Positions 9,161 to 18,081 of a stretch of DNA of 64,000 bases are shown here, in pieces. The notes below the pieces were generated by a model that was given only the letters and a program-made list of their open reading frames with translations, searched no databases and was not told the origin of the DNA. Position 1 is the first letter of the stretch. Every line of letters starts with the position of its first letter. The translations under genes were made by a program, and so were the position numbers. Origin of the DNA: Shigella phage vB_SboM_Phaginator; sequence record OL615012; one strand, 5' to 3'.

Positions 9161-10480
9161 TCACACATAAAACACATCATAACGACCACGTGTTACACCA
9201 ACATAAAGAAGCTGCTGAGCTAGTTCAGCATCTGCATAATGAATACAAGGCGTATAAATGAAAGCACGGTCTACAGACATACCCTGAGCTTTATGGAATG
9301 TTGATGCAGGAAGTGCTTTCACTTTACTAAACTGTGATTTAGCATCCCAAAAATCACTCCACGGAGCTTTTCCGCCTTTGTTCCAATTTTTATAAGTTTC
9401 TGCCGTTTTACCTAAAAACAGGTTAAACTTATATAGCTCTTCATCAGATGAAATTATTTTAATCTTTTCACGATAATATTCATCATCGCCGTAAGTTTCT
9501 ACTGTTAAATCCCAATGACGAATTAGATATTCTCCAGGAACACCACGAGCTTTAACAAAGGTTGATGTATACTCTGCTTCTATAATACGAACTAATTGTC
9601 CGTTATTAAAAATAATTTCTGATACAGGCTTTCCATCAATTTTATATGTTTTAATTAATGGTTCCTGCATTACAATAATTTCACCGACAATAAAATCTTT
9701 ATCAGTTTCAAAAATTTTTTTACGAATAATGCTATTTAACTTGTCAACAGATTTATTCGTAAATGCCATTACGCGATTTTCAAACAAATCATCTAGTGAT
9801 TTGACGATTGAAAAATAATTTACCATAAAATCGCGTAAAGCGGTATCACCAGTAAATCCACGTACTCCATGCCCGTCAACAACTTTATCATAAATCCATT
9901 TACCGTTGCGAACATCAGTAGCTACATCAATAATAGGAGCATTACTGCGTTTAACTTCAGTAAGTTCACACTGATAAAAATCTTTGTGCGTAAAGAATGG
10001 ACTGATATAAGCAGTATTTTCTCCTGGATCAACAGGTCTAATTTGCTTATTATCACCTATTCCAATTATAGTACACCAAGGTGGAATAGTTGAAAGCAGA
10101 ATTTTAAATAGCTTTCTATCATACATTGACACTTCGTCGCAGATTAATACCCTACATTTAGCTAAATCTGGTACTTCCTTCTGCTCAAAGAGGACATTTT
10201 CTTCATATGTTACCGGGTTAATTTTAAGAATACTATGAATAGTACTCGCTTCTTTCCCCGACAGTTTTGAAAGAATCTTTTTAGCTGCATGTGTAGGAGC
10301 TGCTAAAATAATACCAGTTTCACCTGTAGATATTAAAGCTTCAATGATGAACTTAGTAAGAGTAGTCTTACCAGTACCAGCAGGTCCATTAATAGTTACA
10401 TGATGTTTCTTTTCTTTAATAGCCCTCATAACAATGTTAAAGGCATTTTTCTGGCCTTCGGTCAAATCATCAAATGTCAT
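9161..10480 (-). CDS. dda: Dda DNA helicase (SF1B)
   Basis: 439-aa ORF, T4 Dda length; Walker A GPAGTGKT. Confidence 0.9.
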   Translation of the reverse strand: MTFDDLTEGQKNAFNIVMRAIKEKKHHVTINGPAGTGKTTLTKFIIEALISTGETGIILAAPTHAAKKILSKLSGKEASTIHSILKINPVTYEENVLFEQKEVPDLAKCRVLICDEVSMYDRKLFKILLSTIPPWCTIIGIGDNKQIRPVDPGENTAYISPFFTHKDFYQCELTEVKRSNAPIIDVATDVRNGKWIYDKVVDGHGVRGFTGDTALRDFMVNYFSIVKSLDDLFENRVMAFTNKSVDKLNSIIRKKIFETDKDFIVGEIIVMQEPLIKTYKIDGKPVSEIIFNNGQLVRIIEAEYTSTFVKARGVPGEYLIRHWDLTVETYGDDEYYREKIKIISSDEELYKFNLFLGKTAETYKNWNKGGKAPWSDFWDAKSQFSKVKALPASTFHKAQGMSVDRAFIYTPCIHYADAELAQQLLYVGVTRGRYDVFYV

Positions 10481-10788
10481 CGTAAATTCCCTGCAATTGG
10501 TATACTAACAATACGCCCAGTATCTAAAATTCGCTGATACAATCTTTGTGTGTCTACGTCAGGCTTAACATGTTTAACTTCTATTTTATTAAACCAAAAT
10601 TTACGTGGAGTCTCAACTAATCTTGGAATTCCCTTACCTAAAGCTAGTTGATACTGCTCTTTAAGAGTGGTAAATACTTTATCAGCAATATTCCATTCAA
10701 AAAATACAGCAGGACGATGTTCATCAAGTGGAACTGGCGCCGTAAATCCGTCTTTGTCTCGGTAAACTATCGCATATACATAAACCAT
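10477..10788 (-). CDS. dda.1: Dda.1-like protein (103 aa)
   Basis: ORF between dda and srd as in T4; ATGA overlap with dda. Confidence 0.6.
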   Translation of the reverse strand: MVYVYAIVYRDKDGFTAPVPLDEHRPAVFFEWNIADKVFTTLKEQYQLALGKGIPRLVETPRKFWFNKIEVKHVKPDVDTQRLYQRILDTGRIVSIPIAGNLR

Positions 10789-10789
10789 A

Positions 10790-11536
10790 TTATCCTCGGA
10801 TAAGTTTAAAAATTGAACAATTCAGCGGGTATCCTCTTTTTAATTTGAGTTTATCAATAAATGATAAGTTTTGAAACCGCTCTACACCTTGGATAATTTT
10901 ATCACACATATCATATTGCATTTCTGCTTCTGACAACTTTTTCACAGTTTTCCAATCCGAGCCTTTAAGAAGAACGTTCAATTTAACAACTTCAGCGCCT
11001 TCTGCTATACGAGAACCATCAATACGAGCTTTAAGTGCTACAATAGTTAATTTAATATCAGCGGTTTGTTTTGATTTAGAAAGCTGAGAAATGTGTTCAA
11101 TTCGGTTTTCACGTTTTTTCTGTATAGCTTTAATTTGATTATAAGTCTTTTTGATTTTAGCCCATTTCTTTTCATCTAAATTTAGTTTATGAACTTTTTT
11201 CGCAGATGAACGACCAATTCGCAAAGCAAATAAATCACGCTTTTCAATCAACTCTTCTAAAGTATAATCAGAACGAAATGTATTATACTTTTTCTTTACT
11301 GCAATAACGTTCCCTTTAATGTATCCAATGTTATTATCAAAACGTTCTAATGATAATTTCTCTCCTTCAATACGATTATCAAAAGGTTCTCCCGAGTAAG
11401 CACAAACTTTTTGATCTAAAATGTTCTTAATGTAATTGAAGTCTAAGTTAAAATCTTTAGAACGTCTTTTTGCAGATGCCTGAGTGTGCTCTAAACGACG
11501 TTTAATTTTACGAATTTGATTATTAGACAGTTTCAT
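10790..11536 (-). CDS. srd: Srd-like protein (248 aa)
   Basis: Length and position match T4 srd, upstream of modA. Confidence 0.6.
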   Translation of the reverse strand: MKLSNNQIRKIKRRLEHTQASAKRRSKDFNLDFNYIKNILDQKVCAYSGEPFDNRIEGEKLSLERFDNNIGYIKGNVIAVKKKYNTFRSDYTLEELIEKRDLFALRIGRSSAKKVHKLNLDEKKWAKIKKTYNQIKAIQKKRENRIEHISQLSKSKQTADIKLTIVALKARIDGSRIAEGAEVVKLNVLLKGSDWKTVKKLSEAEMQYDMCDKIIQGVERFQNLSFIDKLKLKRGYPLNCSIFKLIRG

Positions 11537-11571
11537 ATTTTTCTCACATCTTACGGACGGTTGACTACTAT

Positions 11572-11601
11572 ACTATAACATTTTTACTTCAGCTTGTAAA
11601 C
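11572..11601 (-). promoter_or_regulatory. T4-type early promoter
   Basis: Minus strand GTTTAC-18 nt-TATAGT upstream of the srd-like ORF. Confidence 0.55.
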
Positions 11602-11657
11602 AACTTTATGAAAAATGCTTTAAAACTTTTATGGTATAATGAATCTAAGTCCTTCCA

Positions 11658-12260
11658 TTATAGATTAAATCCTTCAAAGTCAAGAGTATAGATAGTGTAT
11701 GTTGAATACTTTTTATATTCATATCTATCTGCAATTCTAAATACACTTCCAGCTGGTATCATTACTTCTTGTTCATCTGAAACTAATTCCATATTACGAT
11801 AACGATGGCTATCCGGAAACTTAAAGTTTGGATTGTATTCTTTACAGCGTAGAGCTTTTATAGCATACTCCTGGAAATTGAATACCATAGGAGCTTTGAA
11901 TTCAAAAATAACCTGTGTGTTATACTCTAAACCGGAAGCAAAATGTAGAGCTATATTTTTATCATATGAAGCTGATACGACTTTATCAAATGTAATAATA
12001 TCAATTCCTTGATTTAACTCCTGCTTAGTCTCAACTGGAACACCTCTCCAAAGAGGTTTATCGTTTGGAACCAAACGAGATTTGATTATTTCATTTAACC
12101 AAGTATGGTCATCTGGCTTATTAGTAATACAATGAATTAAAAGTTCAATTTCAGATAAATTAAACCCTTCAGAAAGCAATTCTTCACGAATAGAAGCACG
12201 CACCGATGCATCCATTGATTTTATTTTAAAATCTTTTAGTTGCATTACTGAGTATTTCAT
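11658..12260 (-). CDS. modA: ADP-ribosyltransferase ModA
   Basis: 200-aa ORF, T4 ModA length; R-S-E triad context (PLWRG, SAS, EQEVMIP). Confidence 0.85.
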   Translation of the reverse strand: MKYSVMQLKDFKIKSMDASVRASIREELLSEGFNLSEIELLIHCITNKPDDHTWLNEIIKSRLVPNDKPLWRGVPVETKQELNQGIDIITFDKVVSASYDKNIALHFASGLEYNTQVIFEFKAPMVFNFQEYAIKALRCKEYNPNFKFPDSHRYRNMELVSDEQEVMIPAGSVFRIADRYEYKKYSTYTIYTLDFEGFNL

Positions 12261-12880
12261 TCAACTACCTCAATATCATACACTTTAAATGTTCCAAACG
12301 AATCGTGTAATTTTTCTTTTGAAATAGAAGTTATTTTATACTTTCCAATTGGAATCATCCATTCTTGTTCACGCACAATCATCATTAAGTTATCAGTACG
12401 CTCTGAATCTAGCCCATCAGTATCTTCATACGTGTACTTAAACTCAGTATTAGGAGAAGAAAGTATAATATCGCTGATATGGTCAGAATAATTAAAAGCT
12501 TTATCAGTTTTTAAACGAAGTATTGTTTCAGTGAAATATTCAGCATAAGAAAAAGAACACGCTGTATGCAAACTAGTAGTAAATGAATCTACCCTGTTCG
12601 TTGAAAACACTTCTCCAACCTGTAAATCTTTAATAAGTTCTTTTGTCGATTTTGATATACCGCGATATAACTGATAAGGTGATTTAGTTAAATGCTTTTT
12701 AACGATTTTATTCAACTGCCGATGAAGAGCTTCATTCTTTTTAGCTTCCATACATTGCCAAAGAATTGACTGCTCAAAGTCAGTAAATTTTTCACAGACC
12801 TTTTTATACATATCATATTGAAAATCAACGCTTTCAGCTTTTATAGATAACTGTTCAACATCTGCAAGATTAATAATCAT
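12257..12880 (-). CDS. modB: ADP-ribosyltransferase ModB
   Basis: 207-aa ORF, T4 ModB length, adjacent to modA; YRGIS and EQEWMIP motifs. Confidence 0.85.
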   Translation of the reverse strand: MIINLADVEQLSIKAESVDFQYDMYKKVCEKFTDFEQSILWQCMEAKKNEALHRQLNKIVKKHLTKSPYQLYRGISKSTKELIKDLQVGEVFSTNRVDSFTTSLHTACSFSYAEYFTETILRLKTDKAFNYSDHISDIILSSPNTEFKYTYEDTDGLDSERTDNLMMIVREQEWMIPIGKYKITSISKEKLHDSFGTFKVYDIEVVE

Positions 12881-12906
12881 GATAGCCTCCGTATATTTCA
12901 GAAGCT

Positions 12907-12936
12907 ATCATATCATCGTTAGGAAGGAAAGTAAAC
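12907..12936 (-). promoter_or_regulatory. T4-type early promoter
   Basis: Minus strand GTTTAC-18 nt-TATGAT, then GGAGG and the modB ATG. Confidence 0.6.
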
Positions 12937-12947
12937 AACTTTTTGAA

Positions 12948-13130
12948 TTATTTTGCCCAGGGAGCCCAAGGCGGAGGGTCAAGATGGTATGAAGCTAGTT
13001 CTTCTAGAAGAGCATCTGGGGCTTCAATTCCATAATTTTGTAATACTATACGGTACTCTTTCTTATAATCACTAGAATCATTCTGGATATTCGTAGAATG
13101 ATTATCTTCTAACATCTCAAATAAATCCAT
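12948..13130 (-). CDS. hypothetical protein (60 aa)
   Basis: ORF-track ORF in the modB-soc interval. Confidence 0.5.
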   Translation of the reverse strand: MDLFEMLEDNHSTNIQNDSSDYKKEYRIVLQNYGIEAPDALLEELASYHLDPPPWAPWAK

Positions 13131-13138
13131 ACTAATTC

Positions 13139-13609
13139 CTAGCGATAAAAACCAAATTGACGATTAGCTTCAATAATCTTTCTTTCTTCTTCGGACATTC
13201 TCCAGCGTAGTCCAACATCAAAATGAGCCCAGACCATCCTAACAAATGCATTTATATCTTTAATATCTTCAATAATGAATGTTTTACTTTTAGAAGGTTG
13301 ACTCGCTAATTTAACTTTATCGTCTTCAAACATGTCAAAAAGACCATATTCATGAGCTCTTTTATAGCCTTTAATAGTTAAAGCTTCAGAAGAAGAAAAT
13401 GGTGAATCTGTATTCTGCAAAATATCTTCAGTATGCTTTATAATTAGAATAACATTTTCTGGATATTTTCTTTCTTTTATATCTTTAATTAAAATATCCG
13501 GATTTTCTGCTAAAGGAATAATTAACGAGCATTTTTTATCAAGTGTATTTACTGATTTACCTTCTTTAGACATAAATTCTATTGAATAATGTTTTGCTAC
13601 TTCAATCAT
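13139..13609 (-). CDS. hypothetical protein (156 aa)
   Basis: ORF-track ORF. Confidence 0.6.
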   Translation of the reverse strand: MIEVAKHYSIEFMSKEGKSVNTLDKKCSLIIPLAENPDILIKDIKERKYPENVILIIKHTEDILQNTDSPFSSSEALTIKGYKRAHEYGLFDMFEDDKVKLASQPSKSKTFIIEDIKDINAFVRMVWAHFDVGLRWRMSEEERKIIEANRQFGFYR

Positions 13610-13766
13610 GTGATTTCCTCTTGCCTACTAATGGGCCGTCAGGAATTTTGTTTTCCTGGATATATTTCTCATTTTCTTCCATCATTTTACTGCCAATTTT
13701 AAGAAGCAAATCCAAGGCTTCATTTGCTTTAGCCTTTGCCTCTTCTAACGTCATATCTTTGGTCAT
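13605..13766 (-). CDS. small hypothetical protein (53 aa)
   Basis: Hand-translated [30 protein letters not shown]...; ATGA overlap with upstream ORF, 5-nt overlap with downstream ORF. Confidence 0.4.
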
Positions 13767-13966
13767 GATTTATCACCATAGATGTCTCTCATCAATTTAA
13801 GCGCTGAGCGCTCTAATTTCTTTTCTTTCTCAGCACTAATCATTGATTTCATCCATTCTTCTGACTCGTTCTGTATTTCTTTATTTGCCTGTTCAACCCA
13901 ACCATCATCAATATACATTGAGTTTGGTCTATTGAACCATTCAAGCATTTTCTTCAGAACTTTCAT
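13763..13966 (-). CDS. hypothetical protein (67 aa)
   Basis: ORF-track ORF. Confidence 0.55.
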   Translation of the reverse strand: MKVLKKMLEWFNRPNSMYIDDGWVEQANKEIQNESEEWMKSMISAEKEKKLERSALKLMRDIYGDKS

Positions 13967-14438
13967 TTATTTTACCTAAAACGATAGTATGGACACCGTC
14001 AAATTCATGAATTTTTAGCAAATTTGGATTTAAATTATTCCATAAAGAGGTAATAAAATATGATAGCGCACTTTCGTCCGTAATTATAAATTTATTTCCC
14101 TTATCAATTTTCCAGTCATATATTGAATCATATGAATAGAAGGATAACGGTTTATTATTATAGTATGCTTCAGCAACATCAATATAGTTAGATTTAGTAA
14201 ATGCTTGAATTGCCATAAATGGAGAATTTTGTACAGTTTCAATAATTCCGATCTTTTTAAGTTTTATTTCAACATCTTCTGGAACTGGCATTGAAATAAA
14301 ATCTTCTACTAGATACATGTCATTGTCATATCTTTTATCAATCATTACTGCTACTGTAATTGGAACATCCTTGACAAACGCCATACTAATACTATTGATA
14401 GACATTTCAAACAAAATCGCTTCCATAATTTTCCTCAA
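13941..14438 (-). CDS. hypothetical protein (165 aa)
   Basis: ORF-track ORF; roughly the size and position of T4 mrh. Confidence 0.55.
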   Translation of the reverse strand: MRKIMEAILFEMSINSISMAFVKDVPITVAVMIDKRYDNDMYLVEDFISMPVPEDVEIKLKKIGIIETVQNSPFMAIQAFTKSNYIDVAEAYYNNKPLSFYSYDSIYDWKIDKGNKFIITDESALSYFITSLWNNLNPNLLKIHEFDGVHTIVLGKINESSEENA

Positions 14439-14776
14439 TCACAAGATGTAGATGAACAACTAGAATCACAAGAACTTCCACATGAATCGCCCGTCCATAC
14501 ATGAACAGGAACATTAGTATCATATGAATCAGAACTAGACTGTGTATTCTGCGTATTAGATGATGTAGTAGGTGTTGACCAGCGCCAAGGATTTTTATAA
14601 TATTCTTGGGCTTCTTCATAAGTCATAGTAACTGCTTCTACTGTTCCATCTCCCATATAAACATACTCAACTACAGTTAAAGGAAGATAGTCATTTGAAA
14701 TAGGAACTACACCTTCTCCGGGAGTTGTAGAGAAAAAATCCGTAAAGAAACTTTTAAACCAATTAAAGATAAACAT
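14435..14776 (-). CDS. hypothetical protein (113 aa) with Cys/Ser-rich tail
   Basis: C-terminus [18 protein letters not shown]. Confidence 0.6.
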   Translation of the reverse strand: MFIFNWFKSFFTDFFSTTPGEGVVPISNDYLPLTVVEYVYMGDGTVEAVTMTYEEAQEYYKNPWRWSTPTTSSNTQNTQSSSDSYDTNVPVHVWTGDSCGSSCDSSCSSTSCD

Positions 14777-14982
14777 TACAAAAAGCCTCTCTTGAATTCG
14801 ACTTGCTTTTCGCCATAATCATATCGAATCTCTGCATTAAATTCAACAGAACCATCTGCGTACATCATAAATGAGTGCACAACAACTTCTGTAGACCATG
14901 ACTGCAGTTCATATTTCTTCATTACATGCCGTGAAATGATAATATCTAAATCTTCATTTGGTTTAATCCAACGATTTAACAT
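14776..14982 (-). CDS. hypothetical protein (68 aa)
   Basis: ORF-track ORF; ATG preceded by GAGGAG and an early promoter. Confidence 0.6.
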   Translation of the reverse strand: MLNRWIKPNEDLDIIISRHVMKKYELQSWSTEVVVHSFMMYADGSVEFNAEIRYDYGEKQVEFKRGFL

Positions 14983-15008
14983 AGTGCTCTCCTCTATAAG
15001 ATAATTCT

Positions 15009-15038
15009 ATTATACCATACTCATTTTGGAAAGTAAAC
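15009..15038 (-). promoter_or_regulatory. T4-type early promoter
   Basis: Minus strand GTTTAC-18 nt-TGGTATAAT. Confidence 0.7.
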
Positions 15039-15046
15039 CAGTAAAA

Positions 15047-15073
15047 TGAAAAAGGACTCCCGAAGGAGTCCTT
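15047..15073 (-). terminator. intrinsic terminator after soc
   Basis: Minus strand AAGGACTCC-UUCG-GGAGUCCUU followed by a U-run. Confidence 0.7.
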
Positions 15074-15077
15074 GAAT

Positions 15078-15323
15078 TTATTCACCAGTTACTTTCCACA
15101 AATCTTCGTTTGCAGTAATCCATTCAGTACGTTGATTTTCTTCATATACTGTAGAATATGCTGCTTTTTCTGAAGGGAATATCTGATAATGAGCGCCAGA
15201 AATTTTGTGAACGTCAGAATAAAGAGGGAAAGCGACAGAAATTTCCTTTCCTTCAATTTTCTTATTTCCATCTAATTTCTGCTCAAATGTTTTGATATTA
15301 ACATAACCGCGAGTACTAGCCAT
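15078..15323 (-). CDS. soc: small outer capsid protein Soc
   Basis: 81-aa ORF MASTRGYVNIKTFEQKLDGNKK..., near-identical to T4 Soc as recalled. Confidence 0.95.
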   Translation of the reverse strand: MASTRGYVNIKTFEQKLDGNKKIEGKEISVAFPLYSDVHKISGAHYQIFPSEKAAYSTVYEENQRTEWITANEDLWKVTGE

Positions 15324-15339
15324 GTAATTCTCCTTTTAT

Positions 15340-15549
15340 TTAAATTACATGATTATTTATAATAAATTCTCGCGGAACGTTAAAATACCCAATTTTAGTT
15401 AATATAACAATATCGCCGTTAATAATTACCGGAGAATAATCTTCTGGAGCATTAAATTTCCAATGGGCTCTAATATTATATCCATCAGAACCAAATGCTC
15501 GAGTAGCCGGTCTCCCGGCTTTTTGCCACGCGTAGAAATCAAATTTCAT
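15340..15549 (-). CDS. hypothetical protein (69 aa)
   Basis: ORF-track ORF between soc and gene 56. Confidence 0.5.
   Translation of the reverse strand: MKFDFYAWQKAGRPATRAFGSDGYNIRAHWKFNAPEDYSPVIINGDIVILTKIGYFNVPREFIINNHVI
15354..15361 (-). promoter_or_regulatory. late promoter (TATAAATA)
   Basis: Exact TATAAATA on the minus strand ~45 nt upstream of the soc ATG. Confidence 0.7.
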
Positions 15550-15740
15550 TTTGAATGATCTATAATTAATTTTAAATCTTCTTCACTGACAAAAATTTCG
15601 TCAGGACCTTCTATAACTTCAACCATACGAAGTTGATTAGTTAAGAGCTCACATACGAGCTCCTTGTTATAATCTTTAAATAGCTGGTCAATACGTTTCT
15701 TATGGGCTTTCTTAAGCTGACGCTTATTTAAACGAGTCAT
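15546..15740 (-). CDS. hypothetical protein (64 aa)
   Basis: ORF-track ORF; ATGA overlaps at both ends. Confidence 0.5.
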   Translation of the reverse strand: MTRLNKRQLKKAHKKRIDQLFKDYNKELVCELLTNQLRMVEVIEGPDEIFVSEEDLKLIIDHSK

Positions 15741-16258
15741 TAATAACCTCGGTCTTGACGAGCGAAGTTTTCAGCATTTTTCAGGTAATAAAGTTTAAAG
15801 ATTTCTTCAGCTGACATTCCAAGAGCAATAAATTTATTCATGAAAAAGTGAAATTGGTCAATCAGTTCAAATTTAATTTCAAGCTGATCTTCGGGAGATA
15901 AATCTTGAATTTTCTTGGATTGCATTTCAGAATAACGTTTCTTCCAAGGTTTCCATACAGCAGAAGCTTCTTTTTCACCATTACTCATACCACCAAGAGA
16001 AGTATATAGTTCGCGAGTTTCATCTGCGATATAATCGTCTTGGTTTCGCAACCAAGCAAGAACTTCTCCTGCAGTTTCAAGTGAATCAGGATGACGATTT
16101 GTTTCTGGTTTATCATTAGCCAAACGAATCTGTAAATGCCGCTGCATATCAAGCATAACCTGCAGTGGGTCAATATTGTGCATAATATTCTCAGCATATG
16201 CACGATTTGCTTTATCAACGCCTTCGATCAAATGAGCACATTCATTAAAGTAAGCCAT
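15740..16258 (-). CDS. 56: dCTPase/dUTPase (gp56)
   Basis: Start trimmed to MAYFNECAHLIEG..., giving 172 aa (T4 gp56 ~171 aa). Confidence 0.85.
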   Translation of the reverse strand: MAYFNECAHLIEGVDKANRAYAENIMHNIDPLQVMLDMQRHLQIRLANDKPETNRHPDSLETAGEVLAWLRNQDDYIADETRELYTSLGGMSNGEKEASAVWKPWKKRYSEMQSKKIQDLSPEDQLEIKFELIDQFHFFMNKFIALGMSAEEIFKLYYLKNAENFARQDRGY

Positions 16259-16292
16259 TATTTTTCCTTTCAATTCATGGGTTAGTAGATTA

Positions 16293-16317
16293 ATTATACA
16301 ATAAATATATAAAGCAA
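16293..16317 (-). promoter_or_regulatory. MotA-dependent middle promoter candidate for gene 56
   Basis: Minus strand TTGCTTTA (MotA box), 11 nt, TATAAT, ~35 nt upstream of the gene 56 ATG. Confidence 0.5.
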
Positions 16318-16329
16318 TAAGGAGGACAT

Positions 16330-16530
16330 ATGGTACAAAAATTAATGGCACTTGTTAATGCCATAAAAGGTAATAAAAAACGTATAGCTTTTACTATTTC
16401 TGCTATGGTAGGAATTTTACTCTGGAACTTTATTCTATCACCTGTTGCAATTGCACATGGTATTAATATTCCAGTAGTTACTCTTGATACATTTGTAGAT
16501 TTAGCATTTGCTTTAGTTGGGTTAATTTAA
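16330..16530 (+). CDS. small hydrophobic protein (66 aa) on the opposite strand
   Basis: Plus-strand ORF after AAGGAGG; hydrophobic sequence; stop overlaps the gene 61 stop; lies where T4 has dam as I recall. Confidence 0.35.
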   Translation: MVQKLMALVNAIKGNKKRIAFTISAMVGILLWNFILSPVAIAHGINIPVVTLDTFVDLAFALVGLI

Positions 16531-17555
16531 ATCTTAGCATATTTAGATAACCGCATTTTAGCCATCAACCCCTGGGCAATATTATTTTTCATATATTCCA
16601 TAATTTGTTCAGGGGTTGCACCTTCCTTTCTAATCATATCATTGACATCTTTTGATTTCCAGGGAGATTTATCCCAAAACATAACCCTTTCTCCTGCATC
16701 AACTAATTTAGTCATTCGCTTGATAGTGTCAGGGTGACGAGGTTCATTATCTAAAACCCACACTCGTCTATCTTTAAATGGAACAACTTCTAGGTCTAAT
16801 TGACCGCCAGTAATGGCTATACCATTTTCAATAAAAAGTGAATCGATGGGTCCTTCTAGAACATATACATCACCATCTTTAACTCGTTCAACACCGTAAA
16901 TTTTTGTTGCCTCAGGATAAGCTTTGATGGTGATATACTTTTGTGGAGCATCTTTCTTTAATGCACGTCCTTGAAAAGACTCAGCTTTTCCATTAGCATT
17001 ATAAATTGGAATAACAAGACGAGGCTCAGAAATTTCCTTTTTGTATGTTCCCGGTGCTATGCTATTAACTAATTTAGGCCATTCGGTTGTAAACCAAAGA
17101 TATTTCCATTTATCCTTTGGAATACAACGAGCTTTTACATATTTTATAATTGGATGGTCTTCCGCCAGTTTATCTAATCTAACACATGACGGAAGAGATT
17201 TAATTATTTTCTTCTCAGGTTGCTTAGGAAGTTCTTTAGGTTTTTCTACTGGACGACTTTTACCTTTTTCTTTTCTTATTTCAAAGATATACTCACGATA
17301 TAAATCAGGTTCAAACTCCTTTAAATATATTCCGATTGGTGCATGATAATTACAGTTATAACAATGAATATTTCCTTCATTATTATCGCCATAATACCAT
17401 CCACGGGCTTTATTTTGATCGGTTTTTGAATCTCCACAAACAGGACATCTAAACCGTAATTTAAAAGTTGAACTATTATTTACTTGTGTGAATTTAGGTA
17501 AATGAGCTAATGCACGGTATGCAAACTCATTATCAATCCAAGGTATTGATGACAT
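16527..17555 (-). CDS. 61: DNA primase (gp61)
   Basis: 342-aa ORF, T4 gp61 length; zinc ribbon CPVCGDS...CYNC. Confidence 0.9.
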   Translation of the reverse strand: MSSIPWIDNEFAYRALAHLPKFTQVNNSSTFKLRFRCPVCGDSKTDQNKARGWYYGDNNEGNIHCYNCNYHAPIGIYLKEFEPDLYREYIFEIRKEKGKSRPVEKPKELPKQPEKKIIKSLPSCVRLDKLAEDHPIIKYVKARCIPKDKWKYLWFTTEWPKLVNSIAPGTYKKEISEPRLVIPIYNANGKAESFQGRALKKDAPQKYITIKAYPEATKIYGVERVKDGDVYVLEGPIDSLFIENGIAITGGQLDLEVVPFKDRRVWVLDNEPRHPDTIKRMTKLVDAGERVMFWDKSPWKSKDVNDMIRKEGATPEQIMEYMKNNIAQGLMAKMRLSKYAKI

Positions 17556-17557
17556 TT

Positions 17558-17722
17558 TTACTCTTCTTTTTCTTTAGATTCCTCTTTTTTCTTTTTAGGA
17601 ATCTGTTCAGGACCTTTATTTACTACAGCACCTGACGTTGTTCCAGTAGAGATATTTTCAGGATTACCACCTGAATCTCCAGCGACCATATCTTCTTTAA
17701 TAAATTCTTTATATGTTTTCAT
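17558..17722 (-). CDS. small charged peptide with internal-protein-like N-terminus (54 aa)
   Basis: Hand-translated MKTYKEFIKEDMVAGDSGGNPENISTGTTSGAVVNKGPEQIPKKKKEESKEKEE; GAGGT SD; below the 60-aa track cutoff. Confidence 0.45.
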   Translation of the reverse strand: MKTYKEFIKEDMVAGDSGGNPENISTGTTSGAVVNKGPEQIPKKKKEESKEKEE

Positions 17723-17723
17723 A

Positions 17724-18080
17724 TTAACCTCTATTCATAAAAGCATTAAAAATTTGGTCATCAATAGATGGCGCAGTAATATTTTCTGCATCATTTAGCA
17801 AATCATTAATTTCATCAGATAGCATAACACATGTACCTTTATTTCCTGTAATTGTTACTGCACAATTACGAACGTTTTCTTTATCAAATTTTAGGTTAAT
17901 ATTTTCGTAGTGAAAATCCTTTAATGCCGAATATATCTTTAAAATGAAATTGTCTTTTACTACAATAAACCCAACCTCACTATTAAAACGCGGTTCATGG
18001 AAACTGTAATAAACCTTTTCATCTATAAAATCGTATGAAATTTTTTCCATTTTTAAATATGAAAATTCAGAACTATACAT
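17724..18080 (-). CDS. hypothetical protein (118 aa)
   Basis: C-terminus IDDQIFNAFMNRG and its 3' DNA repeat the end of the next ORF. Confidence 0.6.
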   Translation of the reverse strand: MYSSEFSYLKMEKISYDFIDEKVYYSFHEPRFNSEVGFIVVKDNFILKIYSALKDFHYENINLKFDKENVRNCAVTITGNKGTCVMLSDEINDLLNDAENITAPSIDDQIFNAFMNRG

Positions 18081-18081
18081 A

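Noticed and set aside
11612-11639. Plus-strand MotA-box-like element (TGCTTTA, 12 nt, TGGTATAAT) between srd and modA
   Set aside because: Would drive transcription antisense into modA with no plus-strand gene downstream; likely chance match
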